DNA of 64,000 nucleotides from Elsinoe ampelina (Eukaryota): NCBI GenBank assembly GCA_010093995.1, contig ML992514.1, positions 527,967 to 591,966 of the forward strand, read 5' to 3'. Shown piece by piece: positions 62,332 to 64,000 of this stretch (position 1 is its first letter; each line of letters starts with the position of its first letter). The notes under the pieces were generated by a model. It saw only the letters and a program-made list of their open reading frames with translations, ran no database searches and was not told where the DNA came from. The position numbers and the translations under genes were made by a program.

Positions 62332-63261
62332 ATGCTACTGTATCCAATCCTTTCGAGGCTCTCTTTCTCATCCTCTCCTACTCAAATTTGTAACCGACGA
62401 TGTGACTACCACACAGCCAGTCAAGCTATACCGCTACCACGATGTAGGCGAAAGACAGACTCAGTGCTGCCATTCACTGACACTTCAGAGGGACAAATTT
62501 CGCCCAACCCGTGGAAGGTGGTCATCTTCTTGTACCAATTGGATCTGCCCTTCGAAATGATAGTCCTCGATCGAACAGATCCCGACGTCCGCAAGAAGGA
62601 TCCAGTGGTCACTATTTCGCCGAATGGTCGCATGCCTATCTTTGAGGACCCGAACACTGGCGTGAAGCTTTGGGAGGTACCTAAGCCGTCTGCCAAATGT
62701 GTGGACGACCTGATCAACTTACGAATGTAGTCCGGTGCAATCATCGAGTATCTCCTGGATGTCTATGACAAGGAGAACACCTTGACATACTCGACGGTCC
62801 CAGAAAAGTACGAACAGAATTGCTGGAAGCATTTCCAGATGAGCGGTCAAGGTCCCTACTACGGACAAAGCACATGGTTCAGCTTCGTAAGTGTCATGTC
62901 CATGCCACAAAGAAGGACGATACTAAACTACCAGCTCCACCACGAGAAGCTCCCCAGCGCTCAAAAGCGGTACGAGGATGAGATTCATCGCGTACTCGGC
63001 GTCATTGATGGCCACCTAGAGCGGACAGGTAGGCAGTGGCTTGTTGGAGACAACATGTGCTTTGCGGATCTCATGTTTGTGCCTTGGAACACGCTGCTGA
63101 GCATGGTCATGTTTGGACCGCAGTTTGAGGTGGAGTGGAAGGAGAAGTTTCCAAAGTGTTATGAGTGGCATCAGAGGTTGCTGCAGGTGGAGAGTGTGAT
63201 GAAGGCACAGGAGTATGCGCAGGAAGCGGCCAAGTCGATGGGGGAATATAAGAAGGTGTGA
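62332..63261 (+). CDS. Glutathione S-transferase (Ure2/GstA-like); 5' exon structure uncertain
   Basis: SPNPWKV, PNGRMP, LWE|SGAI, FQMSGQGPYYGQ, WLVGDN..ADL; introns 62677-62730 and 62887-62934. Confidence 0.88.
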
Positions 63262-63488
63262 GCCGCCTCTTTTACAGCTTATCCTTATTATTGGGCAGCT
63301 CGTCGAGTGCGTCTAAAGTCCTCACGTTTAAATACAAAACGTAGAATGAATAAGAAGCTGATTTAGAAAATGCTCGCCGACTGTTGATCTTCCAACGTCA
63401 TCACCATCACCCCGCGGTCGATCTCCCATCTCCCTCGGGCACATCAGATCCACTTCCTTTCACCACCATCTCTACACAGCAGATTCCC

Positions 63489-64000
63489 ATGCTACCAGAA
63501 GAAGAAGAATCCAACTATGCCATCTTCCGCGACTGCCTCTCCGACCTCATCACCACCCGCCTCGCCCCCGTGAAAGAGCGTCGCCGGGTAAAAGGCCGCA
63601 AGAACGAGATCAAACCAGCAGCGAACCCATCCCCGGACGAGAACCCAGCAGAAGACCTAGCCGACTTCATCGACGTAAGACCCCCCCCTTCCCTTCTCTC
63701 CCCGTTCCCCCTCCTGACCATCCCAAGTACCTCGCCACCGAAATCTTCCTCTCCCTCCCCGTCCCCCTCCGCACCCTCTCCTACAAAACCCTGCAATCCA
63801 CCCCCTCGCTAGCAGCACAGTACTCCGTCCCCCTCCCCCTCCCCCTCCTAGAATCCCTAACCTCCCCCCTCCCCCCCTCCGTCCCGGACACGTTCACCAC
63901 CTTCCACCTCCTGCCCCCCACGCACGACCTCCCCCTGCTCCTCTCCCCCGTCTTCGAAGCCTACGTGACTTCCGCCTCCGCCCCGCCCCCCGAACACGTC
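63489..64000 (+). CDS. Fungal hypothetical protein, 5' part only (family often carries a C-terminal HNH-like domain)
   Basis: NYAIFRDCLS...AEDLADFID|YLATEIF.SLP..LRTLSY; intron 63675-63727. Runs off the window, so the HNH part is not visible. Confidence 0.6.

Overview
Eukaryotic DNA from a filamentous ascomycete. Evidence: short GT-AG introns with CTRAC branch sites and heavy RIP mutation. The housekeeping proteins look Eurotiomycete/Chaetothyriales-like, which is my inference. There are two AT-rich, TpA-saturated RIP blocks. Block 1 (1-~4750) holds the 5' half of a Ty1/Copia element plus an unclassified RIPed repeat. Block 2 (45080-56665) is a complete Copia element (260-bp LTRs, TSD GCCCT) with a complete chromodomain Ty3/Gypsy element (203-bp LTRs, TSD AGATA) nested inside it. 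Next to block 1 is an accessory zone: an NB-ARC/TPR NLR with a broken 5' end, and a head-to-head pair of small secreted proteins. One of the pair is a four-exon gene missed by the ORF track. It splices to a 120-aa, 7-Cys protein that closely resembles Fusarium SIX5 (SIX5/AvrLm10A family). Its partner is a Kex2-type secreted protein, so the layout matches the SIX5-AVR2 and AvrLm10A-AvrLm10B effector pairs; this is the strongest candidate system in the window. A second island (36.8-38.9 kb) carries a secreted R-S-ExE ADP-ribosyltransferase beside an uncharacterised MEDKW/RSW protein. The rest is mostly core genes: D-serine dehydratase, SDH7, MTQ2, SMD1, PKR1, a JID1-like J protein, SGS1, rhomboid, tripeptidyl peptidase, DHH1, GRH1, haloacid dehalogenase and GST.
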